Of a stretch of DNA of 64,000 nt, positions 1 through 8,894 are shown in pieces. The notes below the pieces were generated by a model. That model had not been told where the DNA came from and did not search any database. It was given only the letters and a program-made list of their open reading frames with translations. The position numbers and the translations under genes are program-made. Position 1 is the stretch's first letter, and the number at the start of each line of letters is the position of its first letter. This DNA is from Clostridiaceae bacterium (GTDB lineage: Bacteria > Bacillota > Clostridia > Saccharofermentanales > DTU023), in assembly GCA_012799825.1 (NCBI GenBank), contig JAAZKK010000073.1:798-64797 (forward strand). The letters are read 5' to 3'.

Positions 1-275
1 ATCGTGATCATGACAGATTTTCCTGTAAGCTCAATATCTTTAATATCGATTCTCACGATGTCGCCCGGTTTGACTCCTTCAATGTAGACGGGGCCGGTGG
101 CCGGATTGATTCTATTCCAGTCAAGTACATCGAGCGTGTCGTCATTGCTCGTCAACTGATTTGCAAAGCAGTCGCACGTTTCGAGCACAAATGATTCATT
201 TTGAGCCACCGACATTTTCGGCTCAAGTTCCGGTGAAAAAGCGTAAAATACCTGATCATCTTTTAGTGTTTTCAT
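1..275 (-). CDS. acetamidase/formamidase family amidohydrolase, N-terminal 91 codons only (gene runs off the window start)
   Basis: Not in the ORF track because there is no stop in the window. Hand translation from the ATG at 275 gives MKTLKDDQVFYAFSPELEPKMSVAQNESFVLETCDCFANQL...RINPATGPVYIEGVKPGDIVRIDIKDIEL. The NPxTGPxxxxGxxPGDxxxxxI block is the FmdA/AmdA N-terminal signature. The ATG overlaps the stop of the upstream permease (ATGA). Confidence 0.6.
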   Translation of the reverse strand, partial: MKTLKDDQVFYAFSPELEPKMSVAQNESFVLETCDCFANQLTSNDDTLDVLDWNRINPATGPVYIEGVKPGDIVRIDIKDIELTGKSVMIT

Positions 276-1396
276 ATAATTTCCTCCATTTTCTTACGAT
301 TGCCGGTTGGCTTAAGTTTTTTCTTGCCAATTAGTCGTTTGAAGCTGTTCAAGGTCAGCTCTCGCCCTCCTGTCAAGCCGTTCGGACGCCAAATTAAGAA
401 AATGATCATCAAAATGGCGACCACAATCTCAGTCATACCATAGGCTTCGAATCCGCTTCTAGTCAATCCGAGCTCGACCTGACTCAGACCCTGCCTTGCC
501 AAGGTAACAACAAGCGTTCCGAAGAAGGCGCCGGATACCGACATCGAGCCACCAATGACGAGCATAGACAGGACGACGAACAGCTGTGAAAGATAAAATG
601 ACGCCGCCGTGATTGACAAGATATAGTGTGAGTACAGGCCTCCGGCAAAACCTGCGATGAAAGCGCTGGCAACATAGCCGACATAGCGGACGGCGATAAA
701 ATTGATCCCGCTCGAACGTGCCGCGTAACGGTCATCCCGCGTAGCGCGAAGCTTTAGGCCGAGCGAAGACTCTTTGAACATGAAGACGGCGATGATGACC
801 AGTACAGCGACGGCCATAACGAGTTCATACGTCGTCTTGCGCGAACCGCCAAGTGTAAAGGTGCGCGGTCCGTTCGTGACCTGCGACCACTGTGAGAGCA
901 CGACATTGATGACGATCAAAAGAGCGAACTGAGTGATCGCACCTACCGAGTCCGACAGCCGCATCAACGGCCAAGCAATCAGCGCGGCGACAAGCGTCGC
1001 GATGAGAGCGCCGGCAAAAAGGGCAAGAATGAAAGGAAGATGCAGCTTGACGAGGAAAGGATACATCGTCGGTATCTGCATACTTTTTAACATCGGATCC
1101 ATCGAAAAAATCGCAGAAAAGAACGCTCCGATGCCGGCATAACCGACGTAGCTCCAGTTCAAAATACCGGAGTTTCCCATGTACATCTGGAAACCTAACA
1201 CCATAATCAAATTGATCGTGCTTGAGGTAAATATATCCTCAATAAAAGGGATGTTCAGCCACCAGATAAAGAACCCGATCACGACGTAAATAACGATCAA
1301 AAAGAGCGGTGTAGACCATTTTCCAGCAAAATCGAAGCTTGAAAAAGATCCGGTAACGTTGGGTGTTGCTGATATCGTATTTTTCTTCGTCTTCAT
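272..1396 (-). CDS. branched-chain amino acid-type ABC transporter permease (LivM family)
   Basis: 374 aa polytopic membrane protein with a LivM-like layout. It overlaps the upstream LivH-like gene by 4 nt and sits in a five-gene ABC operon. Confidence 0.8.
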   Translation of the reverse strand: MKTKKNTISATPNVTGSFSSFDFAGKWSTPLFLIVIYVVIGFFIWWLNIPFIEDIFTSSTINLIMVLGFQMYMGNSGILNWSYVGYAGIGAFFSAIFSMDPMLKSMQIPTMYPFLVKLHLPFILALFAGALIATLVAALIAWPLMRLSDSVGAITQFALLIVINVVLSQWSQVTNGPRTFTLGGSRKTTYELVMAVAVLVIIAVFMFKESSLGLKLRATRDDRYAARSSGINFIAVRYVGYVASAFIAGFAGGLYSHYILSITAASFYLSQLFVVLSMLVIGGSMSVSGAFFGTLVVTLARQGLSQVELGLTRSGFEAYGMTEIVVAILMIIFLIWRPNGLTGGRELTLNSFKRLIGKKKLKPTGNRKKMEEII

Positions 1397-2295
1397 CCGA
1401 CACGTTCCTCCTGATAGCTGCCTCGTATCAAGCCTTCCGGTCTCAAAAGCAGGAAAGTGATGACGATGATAAACATGATGGCGTCACGGTAAGAAAGCAG
1501 TGTGGTCGGCAATACCAATGAAAGCGTATTGGAAATAAACGCGTAGACATAGCCTCCGGCTACTGCGCCGGGCAGTGAGTACATGCCGCCGATCACGACG
1601 GCGATAAACCCGATATTAAGCGGTGTTCCCCCCATCATCGGTTCCACCGAACCGGTTCGGCAAGACCAAAAGATCGCGACAACGCCGGCCAGAAAACCGC
1701 AGATGATAAAAGCGACCGAGATGACCTGGTTCGCAGGTACACCCATTAATCGTGCCGTCACAAAATTTTCCGATGCGCCGCGCATGGCGATGCCAAGCGG
1801 CGTATATTTCATAATGAGTGTCAAAACGACCAACAAGACGATGGTTGTAATGATCATGACGATATTTCTTAAGGGCGTCGTTACGCCGAACAAATTGACA
1901 TTTTGAGCTAAAACGGCCGGCACCGGTACAGGTTTGGAGCGCGGGCTGATGCCGATCTGGAACATATTCTGTAATATGACGCTGATCGCAAACGACGTTA
2001 CGAGAAGCGCGTCAAGCGAACGTCCGCGAAACGGACGAAAGGCTACCAACTCACTTATATACCCGACGGCAACACCGACCAAAATAGCAATCAAAAACAC
2101 GATCGGCCAAGGCAGATTCGTAAATGTGCCGACAAAGTACAGAATATACGCGCTGACCGTGATGAACTCTCCGTAGGCAAAGTTAATCAGCTGACAGATA
2201 CCAAATACAAAAACAAGACCGAGCGCGATGAGAGCGTAGAGGCTTCCCATACTAAAAACATTAATGAAAAATTCAATTAAGATTTTGCCGTTCAT
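1393..2295 (-). CDS. branched-chain amino acid-type ABC transporter permease (LivH family)
   Basis: 300 aa hydrophobic protein of LivH length and pattern. It is translationally coupled on both sides. Confidence 0.8.
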   Translation of the reverse strand: MNGKILIEFFINVFSMGSLYALIALGLVFVFGICQLINFAYGEFITVSAYILYFVGTFTNLPWPIVFLIAILVGVAVGYISELVAFRPFRGRSLDALLVTSFAISVILQNMFQIGISPRSKPVPVPAVLAQNVNLFGVTTPLRNIVMIITTIVLLVVLTLIMKYTPLGIAMRGASENFVTARLMGVPANQVISVAFIICGFLAGVVAIFWSCRTGSVEPMMGGTPLNIGFIAVVIGGMYSLPGAVAGGYVYAFISNTLSLVLPTTLLSYRDAIMFIIVITFLLLRPEGLIRGSYQEERVG

Positions 2296-3068
2296 ACTCC
2301 GTTGCCTCCTTTGTTTGCTCCCAGATAGACGGCGGCGATATCAATACTGCTCTCCATATCTTTCGGACAGCCTGCATACTCAACTCTTCCGTTGGAAAAC
2401 AGATAAGCGCGGTCAGCGATCTCCAGCGCACGTTTGGCATTTTGCTCAACCAAAAGAATTGTGATACCTCTTCCCTTGAGTGCAAGAATCAATTCAAAGA
2501 TCTGGTCAACTCGAGTCGGCGAAAGGCCGAGAGAAGGCTCGTCCATCATCAAAAGATCAGGACGCGAGATCAGTCCTCGGGCAATGGCAAGCATCTGCTG
2601 TTCGCCACCCGATAACAAGCCGCCCGCCTGATCGTAGCGCTCTTTCAAAATTGGAAAGAGCTCAAATATATCCTCAAGGTCTGCGGCAAATGTCTTCGGC
2701 TTATAGCGACCATACGCACCGATTCTTAAATTCTCCCCAACGGTAAGCGTCGGGAAAATTTCCCGGCCTTCAGGGACGAGCGCCATACCGATTTTATGCA
2801 ATTGTTCCGGCTTTCTCCCTGTAACATCCTTTTGCTTGAAACGGATGGTGCCGGACTTCGGCTTCAGCACACCTGCGATGGATTTCAGAATTGTCGATTT
2901 TCCCGCGCCGTTCACGCCGCAGATGCTGACAAGTTCGCCTTTATTTACGTGAAGAGAAATGCCGTGAATGACCTCAACAGCGCCGTAAGAAACATAAAGA
3001 TCGTTGACTTCCAATATCGGGTTGGGGTCTTTTTGTGTTTCTTTTGTGTTCATTTTTACTTCGCTCAT
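2292..3068 (-). CDS. ABC transporter ATP-binding protein (LivF-like)
   Basis: Walker A GVNGAGKST, ABC signature LSGGEQQML and Walker B LLMMDEPSLGL. Confidence 0.85.
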   Translation of the reverse strand: MSEVKMNTKETQKDPNPILEVNDLYVSYGAVEVIHGISLHVNKGELVSICGVNGAGKSTILKSIAGVLKPKSGTIRFKQKDVTGRKPEQLHKIGMALVPEGREIFPTLTVGENLRIGAYGRYKPKTFAADLEDIFELFPILKERYDQAGGLLSGGEQQMLAIARGLISRPDLLMMDEPSLGLSPTRVDQIFELILALKGRGITILLVEQNAKRALEIADRAYLFSNGRVEYAGCPKDMESSIDIAAVYLGANKGGNGV

Positions 3069-3796
3069 GACGCTGCACTCCCCAAATAGGCGGTGATCAC
3101 CTCAGGATCCTTGCGAACGTCGTCAGGTAACCCTTCGGCAATGGTGCGGCCGTAATTCAGCACGTGCAAACGATGGCACAGACTCATAATCAGGCGCATA
3201 TCGTGTTCGACAATGAGCATGCCGATGTTCTTTTTTGCAGGCAATTCTTTCAAGAGCGCGAATAATTCATCCGTCTCTAATTCATTCAAGCCTGCGGCCG
3301 GTTCATCGAGCATGACAAATTTCGGCTTAGCAGCCAGCGCACGCGCCAATTCAACAAGCCTTTGATCACGAAAGGTTAAACCTTGAGCCGGTTCGTTGAT
3401 GCGGTCGCCGAGACCTAACTCGGTCAAGAGAGAAGCGGCCAAAACGGCAGCTTCACGTCGCTTGATGCCAACGCCTACCGCGCCGATCATGACGTTTTCA
3501 AGATTGCTTAAATTTTTGAATAGACGGATCTTTTGGTACGTTCTCACAAGTCCGTATACCGGCACTTTATACGCCGGAACATCGCTGATATCCTGCCCGT
3601 CGATTTCGATATGACCGCTATCCTTCGGCAACATACCTGTCACCATATTGATCGTCGTCGTCTTACCGGAACCGTTCGGACCGATCAGACCGAGAATTTC
3701 ACCTGTTTTCAGATGAAAACTCACATCATTGACCGCTTTTAGACCTTTGAACGATTTGCTGATGGATTTTACGGCAAGTGTAGATAGATTCTCCAT
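3065..3796 (-). CDS. ABC transporter ATP-binding protein (LivG-like)
   Basis: Walker A GPNGSGKTT, Walker B FVMLDEPAAGL, and the LivG-type C-terminus DPEVITAYLG. Confidence 0.85.
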   Translation of the reverse strand: MENLSTLAVKSISKSFKGLKAVNDVSFHLKTGEILGLIGPNGSGKTTTINMVTGMLPKDSGHIEIDGQDISDVPAYKVPVYGLVRTYQKIRLFKNLSNLENVMIGAVGVGIKRREAAVLAASLLTELGLGDRINEPAQGLTFRDQRLVELARALAAKPKFVMLDEPAAGLNELETDELFALLKELPAKKNIGMLIVEHDMRLIMSLCHRLHVLNYGRTIAEGLPDDVRKDPEVITAYLGSAAS

Positions 3797-3908
3797 ACGT
3801 CATACTTCCTTATTAAAGGCAAGCGTATTCCACAGGAGGAACACGCTTGCCGGAATGCTTACAAGGTCGCGCTCCCAACGAGTCAGATCGGAACGCTCAA
3901 GATTGACC

Positions 3909-5108
3909 TTATGGCTTAGGTAGATACTCTGGCGTCGCCCATTCGATGAATACGGGTTCTCCGTTGACCAGTTTCATAACGGCCGCAGCTTTGTTCGGCT
4001 CGTGGCCGCTCGCCGCATCCGACCAGTCGAGGTGACCGGTCAAAAGATCAAATGTGTTATCTTCCATGTACTTTGCCATTTTGGCTCCGTCCGTTCCGAC
4101 TTCCTTCATCGCCGCCGCCAACACCATGACAACGTCATAGCCGGACATCGAAAATGGAGCGTCAACATAACGGCCGTGGAGCTTTTTGTAGGCTTCATTG
4201 TATTTGTCAAATCCGGGGACGGCTTCTTCACTGTTGAAGCTGTGTGAATCCCAGTAAATATCGTTGCCATACTCGGGACCGAGCAGCTCAAACAGTGCCG
4301 GATCGTCATAGGCGTCACCGCCATAGATGGGTGTATTGATACCGGCCGTGCGGATCTCCTTGATCAAGGTGCCAAGATCGGGCATGTAGGAGCTGATATA
4401 AATAAAGTCAGGCTCCTCCGGCAACGCTCTGTAGTGCGCGATGATGGCAGCCGTGTCAAGTTTGCCTTGGCTGAAGACATCTTCTAGCAAGACAGTTCCG
4501 CCGTAATGTTCAAACGATTCGATGAAATAACGTGATAGACTCTTCGTATAATCGATAAAATCGTCGGTGACGACGTAGGCCGTCTTCAAACCGTCCTTGA
4601 CATAGGCCTTTTCAGCGATGACCGATCCCATCGTCGTATTCCACATCGACAATGTAAACTGCTTGTCACCCAGCATGGTACTGCCAAATAACGGCGATGA
4701 CGCGCTCGGGCTGATGCCGACAATGCCGGCTTCTTGCGCGGCGCGAGCGGCAGGTCCGCCGAAGTCATAGTCGGAGGACGTGATGATGGCCACGACGCCT
4801 TGATCGATTAACTGTTTCGCGACTTCAGAAGCTGTAGCAGCATCAGACTTTGAGTCCATATTGCGGAACTCAAGCATCTTGCCGTTGATACCACCTGAAG
4901 CGTTCACTTCCGCGATGGCAACTTGAACCCCTTCAAGAGCAGGTGTATCGAGCGGTCCTTGAATACCTGTGATGGACATCGCTCCGCCGATAACGATCTT
5001 TTCATCGTCTTTCGTCGGCTCGGCCTGTTCGCGGCGACAGCCAATGGCGGCGGCGAGGATAGCCAGTACGAGCATGGCTACCAAAATGTGAGTAAATTTT
5101 CTTTTCAT
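3909..5108 (-). CDS. ABC transporter substrate-binding lipoprotein (type 1 periplasmic-binding fold, Leu/Ile/Val/amide/urea-binding family)
   Basis: 399 aa with a signal peptide and lipobox (LAAAIGC). It is the first gene of the Liv-type operon, and an SD-like aaaggagaag precedes the ATG. Confidence 0.8.
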   Translation of the reverse strand: MKRKFTHILVAMLVLAILAAAIGCRREQAEPTKDDEKIVIGGAMSITGIQGPLDTPALEGVQVAIAEVNASGGINGKMLEFRNMDSKSDAATASEVAKQLIDQGVVAIITSSDYDFGGPAARAAQEAGIVGISPSASSPLFGSTMLGDKQFTLSMWNTTMGSVIAEKAYVKDGLKTAYVVTDDFIDYTKSLSRYFIESFEHYGGTVLLEDVFSQGKLDTAAIIAHYRALPEEPDFIYISSYMPDLGTLIKEIRTAGINTPIYGGDAYDDPALFELLGPEYGNDIYWDSHSFNSEEAVPGFDKYNEAYKKLHGRYVDAPFSMSGYDVVMVLAAAMKEVGTDGAKMAKYMEDNTFDLLTGHLDWSDAASGHEPNKAAAVMKLVNGEPVFIEWATPEYLPKP

Positions 5109-5402
5109 AGTAACCTCTTCTCCTTTTCCGCATTCTGCTCGAACGGCTTATAAATATGCACGTTCAACAGTATAAAGCCGAAAATAAGCCATTGGCGGAA
5201 TGATGTCAATGCGGCAAAATAACGACGTTTTAACATTATTTTTCACCTATTTAGCCAGATTGCACGCAACAACCGATAATTTTTGCTATGAATAGAGTGA
5301 GAATATCGCTTTTATAGTTTTTTACGAGATAAAGAACGCCCTATCAAGTGAAAGTATTCATGCTGCTTATACACAACATGCACTACGATTTTGATAGGCT
5401 GT

Positions 5403-5469
5403 ATGGATATTCAGTGAATGATTGAGCACCTTCTGTCCAATTACGAGTCCGATCATTCACAATATCCAT
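5403..5469 (-). terminator. long imperfect hairpin downstream of the 505-aa gene (possible terminator or RNA-stability element)
   Basis: atggatatt(ca)gtgaatgat at 5403-5422 pairs with atcattcacaatatccat at 5452-5469, giving 18 bp of pairing with a 2-nt bulge and a 29-nt loop. No U-tract follows on the minus strand, so terminator function is uncertain. Confidence 0.3.
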
Positions 5470-5539
5470 GCCAAGATTCAAGGTGTCCTCGTTCGGGTTC
5501 TGGCAATTCGCCAAATAGAGATAATCACCTGGTCGTGTA

Positions 5540-7057
5540 TCAATTGCGAAAGCGATCAAAAAAAGTACTCGATAGGAACGGATTCTGTGAGTCGCCTGTC
5601 ACTTTTTCCTTATAACGCGACTCAATGGCATCTGAGAGAGGCAAACCGGGAAAAATCGCATATCTTCTGTAGAATGCCTCAAGACTTATATTCGATTCAA
5701 AGATATGATTGGCAATATCGCTGATGAAGTGCCGGCTATTTGGGAACGCAATACCGGAAATGAGCGGCACGCGACTCCAAATGACACGACCTTCTCCGAT
5801 GTCGATTTCGGGCAGACCCATCCTGCTCTCAGCGCTGTCGGCTGACCGGATTCTCCTCTGATCATCGTCTTGCGCATTCTCTTTTACAAATGAGATATCT
5901 TCGAGAATTTTGCATAAATCAGCGAGCGCACGCGCCAGCGTCGATCTGGGATAACAATACTGAAACGTTATCCACCCATAAAGATACAGACAATGACCTG
6001 CGCGAAGACGAATCAAATTTTGTACGGGCTCAGTCTCATCTCGTTTTTTTAGTTGACTCAACGTTGAAAAGAGCAAGCTAAGATCTCTTTGGGTGAGGCT
6101 TACTGCAAAATCCTGCAGTTCCGTTTTGGTTACGATTTTTCGGATCTGTGTGCTAAGCCATGTAAACTGGTAGGACTCTTGCGCAAACAATGTCTCTGTC
6201 GGCAGAGGATGTAAATCACGGAGACTGCTCATCGCTTCACCTAGCGTTTTAAATCGCAGCGGAATTTTCGGCACGGGGACGGCTATCGCGCGCGTGTCCT
6301 CCGTAAACGCTTCTGCCGGTGTCTCTTCGGCTTCCGTCGATATGAGATCAGTCTCTGAAATACGGTGTGAAGCGGGAATGCGACGAAGCGTCGGCCTAGC
6401 AGAAGACGCAGGTATCGCGGCGGCAGGAGAAGTCATCGAAGGATCAGCAGGAGCAGGAGGAAAAGAAACAACACTTCTTCGATCAACCGGATCGTGCGGC
6501 ATGTCAGACTCAGGAGAATCACCGACCCTCGATGAAAACAACACGTCCATATCTGACGAAGCTATTCTTCCTAACGGCACTCGTATTTTTTCAATTTTCT
6601 TATCCGATCTCTTGTCCGGCAGCGTCACCTGTTTTGGAGAAAGCGGCGGCGGGAATGCCGTCAGATCGTCTTCATCTTCGATTTTTTCTTCTCTTGTCTT
6701 TTCAGCTATCTTTTCCGGCTGCATCTCTTGTCTTGGGGAAGCCGGCAGCGGGAAAGCCGTTATACCGTCTTCATCTTCGGCTTCTCCTTCTAATTCTAAT
6801 AAGGTATATTCTAATAAGGTATAAGATGCGATCTTATCTTCGTGCTCATCCTCATGGGTTAAAGATTCCGAGATCGCTTCCTCCGATAAAGATGGCGAAG
6901 AAATTTCCTTTGACGGCAGGTTCGCTTCCGGCAAATCATCAAGCGTGTCTGCATTATCCTCGATGATCGGCTTTCGAGCATCAGTAGGAAACGTCAATTT
7001 TAGCGGTCGAATCCTCGCGCTTTCTCGGTTCGCTTTTTTTTCGATCTCATCTGCCAT
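5540..7057 (-). CDS. hypothetical protein: acidic, repeat-containing N-terminal half plus a C-terminal globular domain of about 230 aa with unknown function
   Basis: 505 aa ORF starting at an ATG. The N-terminal 270 aa are Glu/Asp/Pro/Ser-rich and contain internal repeats. The C-terminal part has ordinary composition (LRLRAGHCLYLYGWITFQYCYPRS...). I recognise no family motif. Confidence 0.6.
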   Translation of the reverse strand: MADEIEKKANRESARIRPLKLTFPTDARKPIIEDNADTLDDLPEANLPSKEISSPSLSEEAISESLTHEDEHEDKIASYTLLEYTLLELEGEAEDEDGITAFPLPASPRQEMQPEKIAEKTREEKIEDEDDLTAFPPPLSPKQVTLPDKRSDKKIEKIRVPLGRIASSDMDVLFSSRVGDSPESDMPHDPVDRRSVVSFPPAPADPSMTSPAAAIPASSARPTLRRIPASHRISETDLISTEAEETPAEAFTEDTRAIAVPVPKIPLRFKTLGEAMSSLRDLHPLPTETLFAQESYQFTWLSTQIRKIVTKTELQDFAVSLTQRDLSLLFSTLSQLKKRDETEPVQNLIRLRAGHCLYLYGWITFQYCYPRSTLARALADLCKILEDISFVKENAQDDDQRRIRSADSAESRMGLPEIDIGEGRVIWSRVPLISGIAFPNSRHFISDIANHIFESNISLEAFYRRYAIFPGLPLSDAIESRYKEKVTGDSQNPFLSSTFFDRFRN

Positions 7058-7282
7058 CAGGCTCAGTCTCTCGTCTTATGGTAATCGTAATCAAACACGC
7101 ATCTCTCGCTTGCGCGTTCAATCTGATCTCTTCATCCTCAGTTTAAACTCACACAGACAGCGCATCTGCCCGAGCATATTTCTCGCTCGCATGTGAGAGT
7201 TCCTTCTATTCATCCTTTTCATCTATGCCAAGTACCTTTTTGTTCATCGCAGCTGTAGTGCTTTGTTGCCTTATGCCGAGCG

Positions 7283-8833
7283 TCAACTACTGTCGCGTCC
7301 GCCGGAGACACGGCGGATGGCAGGCGGCAATGCATCGACGGCATCTCTTATTTCAGCGGCGGTAAACGTCAATCGTTCAACGACTTCCGCCAAGCTCGCG
7401 TCGAATTGTTCTAGTGTTTTGACGACGTAATCGGACGACTCTTGCGTAAAATTCGTCGTATTCGCTTCGATCGCGGCACTTAACTTCTCAAGCACTTTAA
7501 TTTGCGAAGAGAGTTCTTCTTGGATCACGGCGGCGTCGCGCGTTTGCGTCGACGAGAAATCGCAGCTGGCACTAAATATGCGTGCATTTTCTGTGATGCC
7601 TTTATCCAGCGTCTCCGTGTAGAGGCGGAGTTGCTCGGCCATGTGATGGATATGTTTCGCAAGATCCGTCTCTTCTCCGGCATAGAGTGCCGTCATGCGG
7701 TCGGTGCTCGCGCCAATGATCTTGAGGTTGTCGCTCAATGACACCATCTCATCGGCAATATCGTTCTTGGCAAGAGCCATCACGCGAACAGCTTCGCGTA
7801 CATCGTTGTGAATCGATTCGTTTCTATCGGTTGAGTCTTCAATGGAGCGCATGCTTTCGTCGACAAGGGACGATGTCTGTTCGACAATCGTTTGAATACC
7901 CTGAAGTTCATCATTTAGCTGCTGCATGTGATTCGACAGCGCCATAGAGACTTCGTCGGCAAATGCGCGAGCGAGCATCTCCATGCCGCGATCCTGCTTC
8001 TCCGAAAGCGAAACGGCAAGCGACCGTATGTCTTCAATGGCATGCCGGAGCGGCGGAACAACTTCATTCATCATCACTTCGCGCACGCTCGTGCGGATGC
8101 CCTCTGCGAAATCACCTTCGGCCAATTTGTCGGCAAGTTCGCCGAACGTTTGCACTTCTCTTCGCATTAATTCGCCATAGCGCATCACTTCGCTGATCAT
8201 GGCTGCCAACCCGTTGCGTTCCTGAAACACAGGAGCAAAGCGTGTAATCTCGGAAGAAGCGCGTTCGATCAATGTCTCATACCTCGCGGCCATCGTGTTC
8301 TTCCAATATTTCGTGAGGAATAACGCCAGCACAATGCCAAGCACAACAGGCGGAAGCGAAGCGATCAATGTCGCGTTGCCAAATTGGAACCAAAGCATCA
8401 CGGCGGCTATAACCGTGCCCGAAATAAGGCCAATCGCAAGGCACAGCCAGCCGGCAAAGCGAATACGGTTCAAAGCGGCCGGAATATCAAAACAGCGGTC
8501 AAGCGTCGTCAATTTCGGCACGGGATCCGGCAACCAAACACCCGCGTAAAGAGAGCGGCTTGTCCCCGCCATCTCCTTCGAAAAGGTTCTGAGTCCTTCC
8601 GACGGGGCATCTTCAAAAACACGCTCCAAACCATAGGCAGGAAGCTCATCGTCTAAAAGCTCGGCATCTTCCAGTTGCGATACTAAATGATCGAGCGTCT
8701 CGCTCGCTTTCTGATAATTACGTCTGCCGAACAAATACGCCGCCAAAAGGACGATCAGTAAGACGACAACCAGCGCGGCAGACACCGGAAACAGCATCTC
8801 AGCGGTTAATGCGAGAACAAGAGATATACGCAT
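7283..8833 (-). CDS. hypothetical membrane protein: 3 predicted TM helices followed by a helical (coiled-coil-like) tail of about 340 aa
   Basis: 516 aa, with gaggtg 6 nt upstream of the ATG. TM1 spans aa 5-35 and a TM pair spans aa 125-175 (FAGWLCLAIGLISGTVIAAVMLWF / LPPVVLGIVLALFLTKYW). The remainder is Glu/Leu/Ala/Arg-rich helical sequence. Confidence 0.7.
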   Translation of the reverse strand: MRISLVLALTAEMLFPVSAALVVVLLIVLLAAYLFGRRNYQKASETLDHLVSQLEDAELLDDELPAYGLERVFEDAPSEGLRTFSKEMAGTSRSLYAGVWLPDPVPKLTTLDRCFDIPAALNRIRFAGWLCLAIGLISGTVIAAVMLWFQFGNATLIASLPPVVLGIVLALFLTKYWKNTMAARYETLIERASSEITRFAPVFQERNGLAAMISEVMRYGELMRREVQTFGELADKLAEGDFAEGIRTSVREVMMNEVVPPLRHAIEDIRSLAVSLSEKQDRGMEMLARAFADEVSMALSNHMQQLNDELQGIQTIVEQTSSLVDESMRSIEDSTDRNESIHNDVREAVRVMALAKNDIADEMVSLSDNLKIIGASTDRMTALYAGEETDLAKHIHHMAEQLRLYTETLDKGITENARIFSASCDFSSTQTRDAAVIQEELSSQIKVLEKLSAAIEANTTNFTQESSDYVVKTLEQFDASLAEVVERLTFTAAEIRDAVDALPPAIRRVSGGRDSS

Positions 8834-8894
8834 ACTACACCTCGCTTATAAGGATCAATTTTTATTAAAGATACCACAATAAAAGTGTTAGCTC

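Noticed and set aside
6294-6824. Long ORFs antisense to, or in alternative frames of, clear genes. Examples are 6294-6824 (+), 19713-20480 (+), 51044-51499 (+), 61083-61700 (+), 42567-43034 (+) and 16495-17016 (+).
   Set aside because: They lie entirely inside well-supported minus-strand genes and lack SD sequences. Their composition is low-complexity, Ser/Arg/Ala-rich sequence typical of shadow frames. None shows a recognisable motif.
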